NCBI GenBank assembly: GCA_036677065.1 | Contig: JAKFBS010000001.1 | Location: 1 to 64,000 of the forward strand | Source of the DNA: Bdellovibrio sp. | GTDB lineage: Bacteria > Bdellovibrionota > Bdellovibrionia > Bdellovibrionales > Bdellovibrionaceae | Length of the DNA stretch: 64,000 bases | Direction: 5' to 3' | In this document: positions 47,321 to 56,957 of the stretch, piece after piece | Position numbering within the stretch: the first letter of the stretch is position 1 | How the letters are laid out: each line of letters begins with the position of its first letter | Program-made: the position numbers and the translations under genes | The notes under the pieces: model-generated | The model's input: only the letters and a program-made list of their open reading frames with translations | What the model was told of the DNA's origin: nothing | The model's database searches: none

Positions 47321-47926
47321 TTATTTCGTTTTCTTAGTTGTTTTTTTAGCGGCTTTTTTAGCTGCTGTTTTCACTGAGCGTTTAGAAGTAGCTTTTTTAG
47401 GAGCTGCTGCTTTCGCTGTAGCTTTCTTCTTAGGAGCAGCAGCTTTTTTAGCTGGAGCAGCCTTAGGAGCAACACCGTGAGCTGCTGCGCGGCCTAAACC
47501 GATGCCTGCTTCTGCACGAGCGCGTGAATCTTCAATTTTAGTTTGGATACGTTCAGCACGTAATGCCGTCATATCTTTTACTACTGGTTTACCTTCTGCT
47601 TTAGAAGATTGGCCATCTGGAGATGTGATAGCTTTAATGAATAATTCAGTAAATTCTTGTTTGTGAGTTCCAAATTTTCTGTAGCCTTGACGACGACGTT
47701 TTTTGAAAACGATCACTTTGCGAGTGCGAGCTTGCTTAGTAACAACAACTGTAACACCAGCGTTTTTAACTAATGGAGATCCCACGTGAGTTTTGTCACC
47801 ACCAACAAGTAATACTTCGCTGATTGTGAATTCTGATCCAAGATCTTTTTCGATCTTGTCGATTTGTAAAACATCGCCGGCTTGAACTTTGTATTGTTTG
47901 CCGCCTGTTTTAATAATTGCGTACAT
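47321..47926 (-). CDS. rplU: 50S ribosomal protein L21 with about 100-aa Ala/Lys-rich C-terminal extension
   Basis: MYAIIKTGGKQYKV...FKKRRRQGY..GTHKQ; tail of PKK/AAKK repeats. Confidence 0.96.
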   Translation of the reverse strand: MYAIIKTGGKQYKVQAGDVLQIDKIEKDLGSEFTISEVLLVGGDKTHVGSPLVKNAGVTVVVTKQARTRKVIVFKKRRRQGYRKFGTHKQEFTELFIKAITSPDGQSSKAEGKPVVKDMTALRAERIQTKIEDSRARAEAGIGLGRAAAHGVAPKAAPAKKAAAPKKKATAKAAAPKKATSKRSVKTAAKKAAKKTTKKTK

Positions 47927-48162
47927 TCTTTACTCCTTGATTGGATTAACTGTCTTAAATAAGAGTGACCTTTAAATCATTTTTCGTCTGACCCTGTCAA
48001 AGCTAAATATTTTAATTTCAGTCTAGATTTTTCTTACTCTAAGCGACATGCCAAATACTCTTTAATACGATTTGGATGTTAATTACCGCATCATTAATGC
48101 TTATTTAAATTATTTTACGAATTACTATTGCCATTATTAATGGACTATGTTGTTATTGCTTT

Positions 48163-49269
48163 ATGGATGTTATCCATAAAAGAAGGATCGCCCCTCCCTT
48201 AAAGGCCCCTTTAAAAAAGAACTTATTATTACTTTCTCCCCGTCAAACGGGAAAAAGCTCTTATCTGAAGACTTTGTCTTCGGTAGATTTGTATCTAAAC
48301 TTGCAAGAGGCAGATACTTTTCGAAAACTATCGTTTCAAAAGAATATCATCGAAAAACTATTAACCCCTGAAATGAAAACTGTGGCGTTAGATAACGTTC
48401 ACCGTCTGCCATCGCTGCTTGATCAAGTTGAACATTTAAATAAAACGCAAAATGTGCATTTTGTATTGTCATCGTCGCAACAAATGAAAAAACATTGCGC
48501 CCTGACTATTGAAAATGCAGACACGATCTCGCTTTTGCCGTTTTGTTATGAAGAATTGCAAAACGAATTTAAGTTAGAACAAATTTTAAGTTTTGGTTCG
48601 CTGCCTTCAATCTATGATTTTGAACGCAAAGATGTGCTTTTAAGTGATTACGTAGGCCTTTTATTTCAGGCTGACCTTATTCAGTCAGGAAAAATTCGTA
48701 AGATCGAAAACTTTTCGCGTTTTTTAAACGTAGCTGCCGAATATAACGGCCAGTATTTACATTATGAAGAAATTGCTAAACTTTGCGAAGCGCCGGCACG
48801 CACTGTACGAGAGTACTTTGAACTGCTAAAAGAAATGCACCTAGGTTATGAAATCCAGTGTACGACATCGCGTAAAGGCGCTAAACGCTCTAAGTTTTAT
48901 TTTTTCGATATCGGTGTTGTGAATGCCCTGAAAAATGATTTTAATATCGAACAGGATTTTGAAAAATCTGAGGCCGCTTTAAAACACCTTATTCTAACTG
49001 AACTTATGGCTTACAAAAATTATCGTAAGCCCGACATGAAAATTGAATTCTGGTGTGATTATCAGGGTAACGAAATTGATTTTTTAATTAATAATGAGAT
49101 TGCCATTGAAGTGCGCGGCACTAAATCTGTGAATAGCCAGCATTCGCGCCGGCTTAAAAAATTCACGACTAAATTTTCAGTAAAAAAATCGTATCTGATC
49201 AGCCGCGACCCACAAAGCTTAAACGTTGAAACGTTTTTAAAAGATTTGTGGCGCGATAAAGTGATCTAA
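48163..49269 (+). CDS. AAA_14 / DUF4143 ATPase-nuclease family protein (degenerate Walker motifs)
   Basis: PRQTGKS, GSLP, KFYFFDIG, EIDFL....AIEV. Confidence 0.8.
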   Translation: MDVIHKRRIAPPLKAPLKKNLLLLSPRQTGKSSYLKTLSSVDLYLNLQEADTFRKLSFQKNIIEKLLTPEMKTVALDNVHRLPSLLDQVEHLNKTQNVHFVLSSSQQMKKHCALTIENADTISLLPFCYEELQNEFKLEQILSFGSLPSIYDFERKDVLLSDYVGLLFQADLIQSGKIRKIENFSRFLNVAAEYNGQYLHYEEIAKLCEAPARTVREYFELLKEMHLGYEIQCTTSRKGAKRSKFYFFDIGVVNALKNDFNIEQDFEKSEAALKHLILTELMAYKNYRKPDMKIEFWCDYQGNEIDFLINNEIAIEVRGTKSVNSQHSRRLKKFTTKFSVKKSYLISRDPQSLNVETFLKDLWRDKVI

Positions 49270-49799
49270 TAATTAGTAATAAACGGTGCTGGCGATGGTA
49301 ATGGCAATTGATCCATATCTGCCGGGTACTGAACATTTTCTTTTGAACATGTGAAAGCCGCATTACCTGCGTTATCAACAGCTGCATAAAATGTCTGGGC
49401 GACTATTCCGCATTCTAAGCTAAATGGATTTGTGGCTTTACAGATTTTTTTCATGTTCGTTAAAAACTGATTGTCGCAGTCTAATTTAGATTTATTACTT
49501 GTCGTTGGTTCGTGGTGATAACACAGATCATGAATGATACAGGCTTTGAAAAATAAGGTTTTGTATTTTCCTTCAGGAGCTGAACAGCCGTTGAAATACA
49601 TCACTTGGCCTTCGGCATTTTTTTGCTTACAGGCTTCGCCCATTTTAACATTACCGGTTGCAGGACAAGTCCATTCAGGAACCAGTTCTCCCCCGGTTTG
49701 GATGCAGTATTCAGTTAATTGCTGATCAGCAAAAGCCGTTGAAACTAAGCCAAAAGTAAAAGTTAGACCAAGCGTAAGACTTACCAAAAGTTTTTTCAT
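49266..49799 (-). CDS. Secreted prokaryotic phospholipase A2-like protein
   Basis: NGCSAP, ACIIHDLCY, CDNQF...M...C; signal peptide AFA. Confidence 0.75.
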   Translation of the reverse strand: MKKLLVSLTLGLTFTFGLVSTAFADQQLTEYCIQTGGELVPEWTCPATGNVKMGEACKQKNAEGQVMYFNGCSAPEGKYKTLFFKACIIHDLCYHHEPTTSNKSKLDCDNQFLTNMKKICKATNPFSLECGIVAQTFYAAVDNAGNAAFTCSKENVQYPADMDQLPLPSPAPFITNY

Positions 49800-49808
49800 A
49801 TAATTTCC

Positions 49809-51323
49809 CTAATTATCGAAAATTTCGTATTGTTCTAAGTGGTACGTGGTTTCGATCTTAAAGGCAATCGAATGTCCAAAGCGCTTTTCCAGGTGTTCCA
49901 AAGTTTCATTTTCAACTTCGTAAATCCAATCCACGATTTGGGCGTGGCAATGTACGATTAAATTGCGCTTCGTGTTTTCTGTTAAACCCACTTCGCGTTC
50001 AATTTCACGAAATATTTCATTAGCAATTGTAGCTTTACGTTTAATATATCCCTTACCATCGCAATAAGAGCATGGTTCGCATAAAGTTTTTACAAGGCTT
50101 GGGCGAATACGTTTACGGGTCATTTCGACCAGTCCAAGTTCAGACATTGAGGTCACATTGGTACGTACACGGTCTTTTTTAAGCTCTTCAATCATCGCTT
50201 GCAGAACTTGTTCACGGTGTGATTCTTTTTCCATGTCGATAAAATCGATAATGATAATTCCACCGACGTTACGCACGCGCAGTTGATGGGCAATCTCTTT
50301 AACCGCTTCCAGATTGGTTTTTAAGATGGTGTCTTCTAAATCTTTTTTACCAACGTAACTTCCGGTATTTACGTCGACGACAACTAAAGCTTCAGCTTCA
50401 TCAACAACGATATAGCCGCCTGATTTTAACCAAACTTTACGTTCAGTGGCGCGTGAAATATCTAAATCAATATCATACAAATCAAAAAGCGGTTTTTTTT
50501 CGCCGTAATGAATGATGTTCTGTTTGTACTTTGGCATTAATTGCGTCACAAACTTTGAAACTTTTTTATAAACTTCTTCGTCATCAACCCAAACTGTGGT
50601 GACGTCTTCGCTCATCAAATCACGTAATGCGCGCAGCTCAACATCAAGTTCGGCATGCACTAAGCCTGCAGTTTTTTTCTTTTCATAATTTTTTTGAATT
50701 TCTTTTCCTAAACGATCTAAATATTCGATATCTGAACGAAGTGCTTCTTCAGTCGCACCTTCTGCGGCGGTTCTTACGATCACCCCACCGTTAGGATTGA
50801 TTTTTTGCACTAATCTTTTTAAACGCTCTTTTTCATTTTCTTCTTCGATTTTACGCGAAATACCAATGTGTTTTACATACGGCATATACACGATACCTCG
50901 GCCGGGTAATGAAATGTGCGTTGTGATGCGGGCGCCTTTTGTTCCCAATGGATCTTTTGCCACTTGCACCATAAGATGTTGGCCTTCTTTAATTAAATCC
51001 TGAATGGGAGTTTTAATATCACGGCTTGATCTGTAGTCTTGATTGTCGTCTTGAGGTTTATGATCGTCATCATCTGCAAAAAATTCTTTGCCTTCTTCAG
51101 TTAAAATATCACCCACATAAAGAAAGGCTGCTTTCTCTAGACCAATGTCGACGAAAGCCGCTTGCATGCCCGGAAGTACTCTAGTTACGATCCCACGGTG
51201 AACTGTCCCGACCCAAGTCGGTGAAGACTTACGTTCGACTTTTAAATCCATCAAAATCCCAGACTCGACATAGGCCACGCGTGTTTCTAACGGTCGAACA
51301 TTAATTAGAATTTCTGCTGCCAT
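49809..51323 (-). CDS. rng: Ribonuclease G (Rne/Rng family)
   Basis: VLPGMQAAFVDIG, KDPLGTKGAR, DVNTG, IIIDFIDM, EMTRKR, CSYCDGKG. Confidence 0.94.
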   Translation of the reverse strand: MAAEILINVRPLETRVAYVESGILMDLKVERKSSPTWVGTVHRGIVTRVLPGMQAAFVDIGLEKAAFLYVGDILTEEGKEFFADDDDHKPQDDNQDYRSSRDIKTPIQDLIKEGQHLMVQVAKDPLGTKGARITTHISLPGRGIVYMPYVKHIGISRKIEEENEKERLKRLVQKINPNGGVIVRTAAEGATEEALRSDIEYLDRLGKEIQKNYEKKKTAGLVHAELDVELRALRDLMSEDVTTVWVDDEEVYKKVSKFVTQLMPKYKQNIIHYGEKKPLFDLYDIDLDISRATERKVWLKSGGYIVVDEAEALVVVDVNTGSYVGKKDLEDTILKTNLEAVKEIAHQLRVRNVGGIIIIDFIDMEKESHREQVLQAMIEELKKDRVRTNVTSMSELGLVEMTRKRIRPSLVKTLCEPCSYCDGKGYIKRKATIANEIFREIEREVGLTENTKRNLIVHCHAQIVDWIYEVENETLEHLEKRFGHSIAFKIETTYHLEQYEIFDN

Positions 51324-51350
51324 ATTGGGACTCCTAGACGATTCGCTTGT

Positions 51351-51377
51351 TAACTTTCAAGACAGTTTTACCGAATA
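51351..51377 (+). promoter_or_regulatory. sigma28-like promoter of pilT
   Basis: TAAC-N15-ACCGAATA. Confidence 0.45.
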
Positions 51378-51408
51378 ATAGTTTGTTAAGCAATGCGAGG
51401 ATAAAACA

Positions 51409-52485
51409 ATGGCTACAATTGACGATCTATTTCGATTAATGGTTGAGCAAAAAGCATCGGATTTGCACGTGACAAGCGGCGCACCTCCCTATCTTCGCGT
51501 TCATGGGATGATGTCTCCACTGAATTATCGCCAATTGACAAGCCAAGACGTACAAGGCTTGATCTTTGAAATCCTGAATGAAAAACAAAAAAAGGCCTTC
51601 GTTGAAAAATGGGAGCTGGATTTTGCTTACGTATTAGAAGGTGTTGGGCGTTTTCGTTGTAACATCTTCATGCAGCGTAAAGGTTTAGGCGCAGTGTTTC
51701 GTACGATTCCTGAAAAAATTAAATCTGCGACAGAGTTAAATTTGCCTCAAACAATTGTTGATCTGGTTGAACATGATCGTGGTCTTGTACTAGTTACCGG
51801 CCCAACAGGTTCGGGTAAATCGACGACTTTAGCTGCGATGATTCAACATATCAATGCGACACGTGAAGCACATATTATCACGGTAGAAGACCCGATCGAG
51901 TTCGTACATCCAAATTTAAAATCATTAGTGAATCAACGTGAGGTTGGTGCACATACAAAGTCTTTCTCGAATGCTTTAAAAGCCAGCTTACGTGAAGATC
52001 CAGATATTATTCTGGTGGGAGAGCTGCGTGACTTAGAAACTATTTCTTTGGCTTTAACAGCTGCAGAAACGGGTCACTTAGTTTTCGGAACACTTCATAC
52101 AAATTCAGCCGTAAAAACAATTGATCGTATCATTGACGTTTTTCCTGCAGGTCAGCAGGCGCAAATTCGTGCTATGTTAGCAGAATCTTTACGTGGAGTT
52201 GTAGCCCAGTCGCTATTTACCCGCGCCGATAAAATGGGACGTGTTGCCGCTTTTGAAGTCATGAAGGGTACGCGCGCCGTTGCGAATTTAATTCGTGAAG
52301 GTAAAAATCATCAAATTGCATCTATTATTCAAACTAGTGCCGCTCAGGGGATGTTTTTATTTGAAAAATCCCTGGATGACCTTGTTAAAAAAGGTCAAAT
52401 CACTGCTGCCGATGCGAACTCTTTCTTAGGTAAAGAACCAGGAGCGGGTCTACAAGGCGGCCCATCTGGAAAAAAAGTTGCCTAA
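51409..52485 (+). CDS. pilT: Type IV pilus retraction ATPase PilT
   Basis: ASDLH, GPTGSGKSTT, EDPIE, REDPD..LVGELRD, AAETGHLVFGTLHT, NLIRE. Confidence 0.95.
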   Translation: MATIDDLFRLMVEQKASDLHVTSGAPPYLRVHGMMSPLNYRQLTSQDVQGLIFEILNEKQKKAFVEKWELDFAYVLEGVGRFRCNIFMQRKGLGAVFRTIPEKIKSATELNLPQTIVDLVEHDRGLVLVTGPTGSGKSTTLAAMIQHINATREAHIITVEDPIEFVHPNLKSLVNQREVGAHTKSFSNALKASLREDPDIILVGELRDLETISLALTAAETGHLVFGTLHTNSAVKTIDRIIDVFPAGQQAQIRAMLAESLRGVVAQSLFTRADKMGRVAAFEVMKGTRAVANLIREGKNHQIASIIQTSAAQGMFLFEKSLDDLVKKGQITAADANSFLGKEPGAGLQGGPSGKKVA

Positions 52486-52512
52486 CTCTTAGATCGGATG
52501 TCAAATTGAACC

Positions 52513-53205
52513 ATGACATCCGATACTAAAAATTTATCTCCAGAAGACATTGCCCAATACATCGATCACACGTTGTTAAAACCTGAAGCTACACGTGCGC
52601 AAATTCAAAAACTTTGCGAAGAAGCTTTAACTCACCGTTTTTATGCGGTTTGTGTAAACTCATCGATGATTTCTGTGTGCAAAGAAATTTTAAAAAACAG
52701 TTCTGTTAAAATCGCTGCTGTAATTGGTTTTCCTTTAGGCGTTTGCGACACTTCAACTAAAGTATTTGAAACCACGCGTGCGCTTAACTTGGGTGCCACT
52801 GAAATTGATATGGTTGTGCACTTGGGTGCTGTAAAATCACAAGACTGGTCATATATCGAAAAAGATATCAAAGAAGTTGTCTTAGCGGCACAAGGTCATC
52901 CGGTAAAAGTTATTTTAGAAACTCACATGTTAACTCAGGATGAAAAACAAAAAGTTTGTGAAATCAGCTTATTGGTCGGCGCGCACTTCGTAAAAACCTC
53001 AACAGGATTTACCGGTGGCGGCGCTACTATTGAAGATGTCACATTAATGAAATCTATTGTACAAAACAAAGCTCAAGTTAAAGCCAGTGGCGGCGTTCGT
53101 GACTTTGCTACGGCTGTAAAAATGATTCAGGCAGGAGCTACTCGCATCGGAACAAGTTCTGGCGTGGCAATTGTAAAAAATGAATCTGGAAAAACAGGTT
53201 ACTAA
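52513..53205 (+). CDS. deoC: Deoxyribose-phosphate aldolase
   Basis: IDHTLLKP, EIDMV, KVILET, FVKTSTGF, KASGGVR. Confidence 0.96.
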   Translation: MTSDTKNLSPEDIAQYIDHTLLKPEATRAQIQKLCEEALTHRFYAVCVNSSMISVCKEILKNSSVKIAAVIGFPLGVCDTSTKVFETTRALNLGATEIDMVVHLGAVKSQDWSYIEKDIKEVVLAAQGHPVKVILETHMLTQDEKQKVCEISLLVGAHFVKTSTGFTGGGATIEDVTLMKSIVQNKAQVKASGGVRDFATAVKMIQAGATRIGTSSGVAIVKNESGKTGY

Positions 53206-54518
53206 TGCTACCTGCAGAAATAATTAAGAAAAAAAGAAATGGCCACGAATTAACTGAAAAAGAAATCGAAGATTTTATTCTAGGTTACACACGCGGAACA
53301 GTTCCAGATTATCAAATGTCAGCTTTGTTAATGGCGATTTATTTTAAAGGCATGACAACCTCTGAAACATTATCGTTAACAAAAACTATGTTACATTCAG
53401 GCATCGTTGTTGATACTTCATCTATCCCCGGCTTTAAAGTTGATAAACATTCAACTGGTGGCGTTGGCGATAAAACTAGTTTGATCTTAGGCCCAGTGGT
53501 AGCAGCTTGTGGCGTGTACGTACCGATGATTTCAGGGCGCGGTCTTGGTCACACTGGCGGAACACTTGATAAGTTAGAATCAATTCCCGGATTTAATACC
53601 CAACAAAGTTTAGAAAATTTTATTCGTATTACAAAAGAGCTTGGCACTTGTTTTATCGGTCAAACCAAAGACATCTGCCCTGCAGATAAAAAAATCTATG
53701 CCCTTCGTGATGTCACAGCTACTGTTGAAAGTTACCCATTAATTTGCGCCAGCATCATGTCGAAAAAAATTGCTGAGGGCATTGATGGTTTAGTTCTGGA
53801 TGTCAAATTTGGAACTGGCGCTTTTATGAAAACTGCAGAAAATGCACACGAACTAGCACGTAAATTAATGGCTATTGGCGAAGGTTACGGTAAAAAAGTT
53901 GTATCATTAGTCACTTCGATGGATCAGCCGCTCGGTCGCTTCGCTGGTAATGCATGGGAAGTTTTTGAGTGTGTTGAGATCATGAAAAATAAAAAACATA
54001 TCGGTGCCGATGGCCATGATATGTATGAAGACACACGCGAACTTTCATTACAGCTTTCTGCCCATATGATCCACTTATCAGGAAAAACCAATTCTGTTGA
54101 AGACGCCTATGCACTAGCGCTAGATGCTTTAGTTTCTGGTCGCGCCTTAGAAATTTTTGATAAGATGTGTGGAAAACAAGGTGGAAATCTTGCGAACCTT
54201 AGTTTTTCAAAAAAACAATTCCCGATCGTTGCCACATCTAGTGGTTTTATTTCTGCATTTAATGTAGAAAAAGTGGGAATCGCCGGCATCGTGCTTAAGG
54301 CCGGCCGCCGCCTCACTGAAGATGTGATTGATCCATTAACTGGTATCGAGTTTCATAAAAAAACCGGCGATCCGATTAAAACTGGTGAAACATTATTTAC
54401 AATTCACTGTGATAACGAATCATTAGTTGCTGAAACCACAAAATTTTTAAATGAAGCTGTTACAATCTCTGCTCAAAAACCTGATCAACATAAATTAATT
54501 AAAGAGGTTCTATTATGA
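53205..54518 (+). CDS. pdp: Pyrimidine-nucleoside (thymidine) phosphorylase
   Basis: DKHSTGGVGDK, SGRGLGHTGGTLDKLE, SIMSKK. Confidence 0.93.
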   Translation: MLPAEIIKKKRNGHELTEKEIEDFILGYTRGTVPDYQMSALLMAIYFKGMTTSETLSLTKTMLHSGIVVDTSSIPGFKVDKHSTGGVGDKTSLILGPVVAACGVYVPMISGRGLGHTGGTLDKLESIPGFNTQQSLENFIRITKELGTCFIGQTKDICPADKKIYALRDVTATVESYPLICASIMSKKIAEGIDGLVLDVKFGTGAFMKTAENAHELARKLMAIGEGYGKKVVSLVTSMDQPLGRFAGNAWEVFECVEIMKNKKHIGADGHDMYEDTRELSLQLSAHMIHLSGKTNSVEDAYALALDALVSGRALEIFDKMCGKQGGNLANLSFSKKQFPIVATSSGFISAFNVEKVGIAGIVLKAGRRLTEDVIDPLTGIEFHKKTGDPIKTGETLFTIHCDNESLVAETTKFLNEAVTISAQKPDQHKLIKEVLL

Positions 54519-55345
54519 TGAACAATAATAACGTCGTTCAAAACATCACTGATGCTGTTACTTATATTAAAGGCCAAACAAAAGTTAAACCACGCATTGG
54601 TGTGATCTTAGGTTCTGGATTAGGGCACTTTGTACAAACTATGAATGTTGAAACGACTTTTCCGTTCAATGCGATTCCAAATTTTATACCGACCACTGTC
54701 GAAGGCCATTCAGGCAATTTAATTTTAGGTGATATCGATGGTACGCCCTTAGTTGTATTGCAAGGGCGCCTACATTATTACGAAGGCCATGATATGAACA
54801 CGGTGGTTTTTCCGACACGTGTAATGGCCGCTTTAGGTATCGAAATTTTAATCGTTACAAATTCTGCCGGTGGTTATGGCGATGGTATGAATGCCGGTGA
54901 TTTTATGGTGATTGAAGATCACATCAACATGATGGGCACGAACCCGCTCATGGGGCCAAACATTAAAGCTTTAGGACCTCGTTTTCCAGACATGACCCAA
55001 GCTTATGATAAAGAACTGTTAGCAAAAGCTGAGACTGTTCTGCGCGCGCAAAAAGTTTTCTTTCACAAAGGTATTTACATCGGTGTAACTGGTCCGACTT
55101 ACGAAACTCCATCAGAAATTCGCATGTTTAAAGGTATGGGCGGAAAAGCTGTCGGCATGTCGACTGTTCCTGAAGTGATTGCAGCAAACCACATGGGAAT
55201 TCGCGTAGCAGCCATTAGCTGCATTACGAATTTAGCTGCTGGTATTAGTGCGCATAAACTTACTCATGATGAAGTAACCGTAACCGCAAAAAGAGTTGAA
55301 AAATCTTTTTGCGATTTCTTAAAAGAATTTATTTCTAAGATCTAG
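54515..55345 (+). CDS. punA: Purine-nucleoside phosphorylase (trimeric type)
   Basis: [31 protein letters not shown]. Confidence 0.92.
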   Translation: MMNNNNVVQNITDAVTYIKGQTKVKPRIGVILGSGLGHFVQTMNVETTFPFNAIPNFIPTTVEGHSGNLILGDIDGTPLVVLQGRLHYYEGHDMNTVVFPTRVMAALGIEILIVTNSAGGYGDGMNAGDFMVIEDHINMMGTNPLMGPNIKALGPRFPDMTQAYDKELLAKAETVLRAQKVFFHKGIYIGVTGPTYETPSEIRMFKGMGGKAVGMSTVPEVIAANHMGIRVAAISCITNLAAGISAHKLTHDEVTVTAKRVEKSFCDFLKEFISKI

Positions 55346-56730
55346 AACAACGCATTCTTCGGAGTTCTCGGGAATGGGATGACATCACGGATGTTTCCCA
55401 TACCTGTGACATACATCAACATACGTTCAAAACCCAAACCATAGCCCGAATGCGGGAAAGTGCCGTAGCGGCGTAAATCTGTGTAGAAAGTGTAGTCTTT
55501 AGGTTCTAAACCAACTTTTTTCATCTGTATTTCTAATAACTCAAGATTGTCTTCACGCTGCGAGCCGCCGATCATTTCACCGATGCCAGGAACTAAAAGA
55601 TCCATAGCACGAACGGTTTTTTGATCTGGGTTTAGCTTCATGTAAAAAGCTTTAATTTCTTTTGGGTAGTCCGTTAAGAAAACTGGTTTTTTAAAATGTT
55701 CTTCAGCTAAATATCTTTCGTGCTCAGATTGTAAATCTGTTCCCCATTTAACCGGGTATTCGAATTTTTTGCCTGACTTCATTAATATATCTACGCCTTC
55801 TGTGTAAGTTAAGCGTCCGAATTCATTGTTTAAAACGTTATTCAATTTATCAAATAATCCTTTTTCGACGAATTGGTTAAAGAACGCCATTTCTTCAGGG
55901 CATTGCTCCATCACGTATTTAATAATGTATTTCACCATTTCTTCTGCGGTGTCCATATTTGCTGATAAATCTGCGAACGCCATTTCTGGTTCGATCATCC
56001 AAAATTCAGCCGCATGGCGTGAAGTATTTGAATTTTCGGCACGAAATGTTGGACCAAAAGTATAGACATTGCCAAACGCTGCTGCGAAGGTTTCACCGTT
56101 TAGCTGACCACTTACGGTTAAGCTTGTTGTCTTACCGAAAAAATCTTGGCTAGCATCAATATGCCCGTCTGCCGTGCGTGGCAGCTTATCTAAATTCAGC
56201 GTAGTCACGCGAAACATTTCGCCAGCGCCTTCTGCATCAGATCCTGTGATGATCGGTGTATGCACAAGCACGAAGTTTTTTTCCTGAAAGAATTTATTAA
56301 TCGCAAACGCTAATACCGAACGCACGCGAAAAACTGCAGAGAAAGTATTTGAGCGTGGGCGTAAGTGAGCAATCTCGCGCAAAAACTCCATGCTATGACG
56401 TTTATTTTGTAATGGGTAATCGGCATCGGCTTTTTGAAAGATTTCAACTTTTGAGGCTTTCACTTCGAATGTTTGACCGGCACCTTCAGATTTAACAACA
56501 GTACCGACAACTTGAATAGAGCTGGCAATTGAAAGTTTAGTTACATCAGCGAAATTCGAAAGGCTTTCATCAAAAACAATCTGCACGCCGTTAAAAAAGC
56601 TTCCGTCATTAAGTTCGATAAAACCAAAACTTTTCTGATCACGGATTTTTCTAACCCAACCAGCTAGCTGGACTTGTTGACCAATTAATTTATCACTCTC
56701 TTTAAACAAATTACGCACTGTTTTTTTCAT
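55342..56730 (-). CDS. asnS: Asparagine--tRNA ligase
   Basis: [38 protein letters not shown]. Confidence 0.97.
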   Translation of the reverse strand: MKKTVRNLFKESDKLIGQQVQLAGWVRKIRDQKSFGFIELNDGSFFNGVQIVFDESLSNFADVTKLSIASSIQVVGTVVKSEGAGQTFEVKASKVEIFQKADADYPLQNKRHSMEFLREIAHLRPRSNTFSAVFRVRSVLAFAINKFFQEKNFVLVHTPIITGSDAEGAGEMFRVTTLNLDKLPRTADGHIDASQDFFGKTTSLTVSGQLNGETFAAAFGNVYTFGPTFRAENSNTSRHAAEFWMIEPEMAFADLSANMDTAEEMVKYIIKYVMEQCPEEMAFFNQFVEKGLFDKLNNVLNNEFGRLTYTEGVDILMKSGKKFEYPVKWGTDLQSEHERYLAEEHFKKPVFLTDYPKEIKAFYMKLNPDQKTVRAMDLLVPGIGEMIGGSQREDNLELLEIQMKKVGLEPKDYTFYTDLRRYGTFPHSGYGLGFERMLMYVTGMGNIRDVIPFPRTPKNALF

Positions 56731-56736
56731 GCAAGT

Positions 56737-56765
56737 AACATATCTGATTTACAGGGCGGAAGCAA
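56737..56765 (-). promoter_or_regulatory. sigma70 promoter positioned for leaderless asnS mRNA
   Basis: TTGCTT-N17-TATGTT-N6-ATG, no SD. Confidence 0.55.
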
Positions 56766-56957
56766 CAGCCCAAACAAACACTTATAGTTAAACTAAAGGC
56801 CGCTTTTAGCTCGCTAAATCATATAAAAAAGTGGGGTTTTTTTGGTCCAGATTTTCTCAAAATCGAACGAGCAAGACTTGGTTATGTTTCGCATTTAACC
56901 GAAAGGTTCTTAGAAGGTCATCACAAGTAGAGCGGGAATGTACTTGCTGATGCAGAA

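Noticed and set aside
52513..55345. deoC-pdp-punA cluster as a novel system
   Set aside because: Standard nucleoside salvage operon
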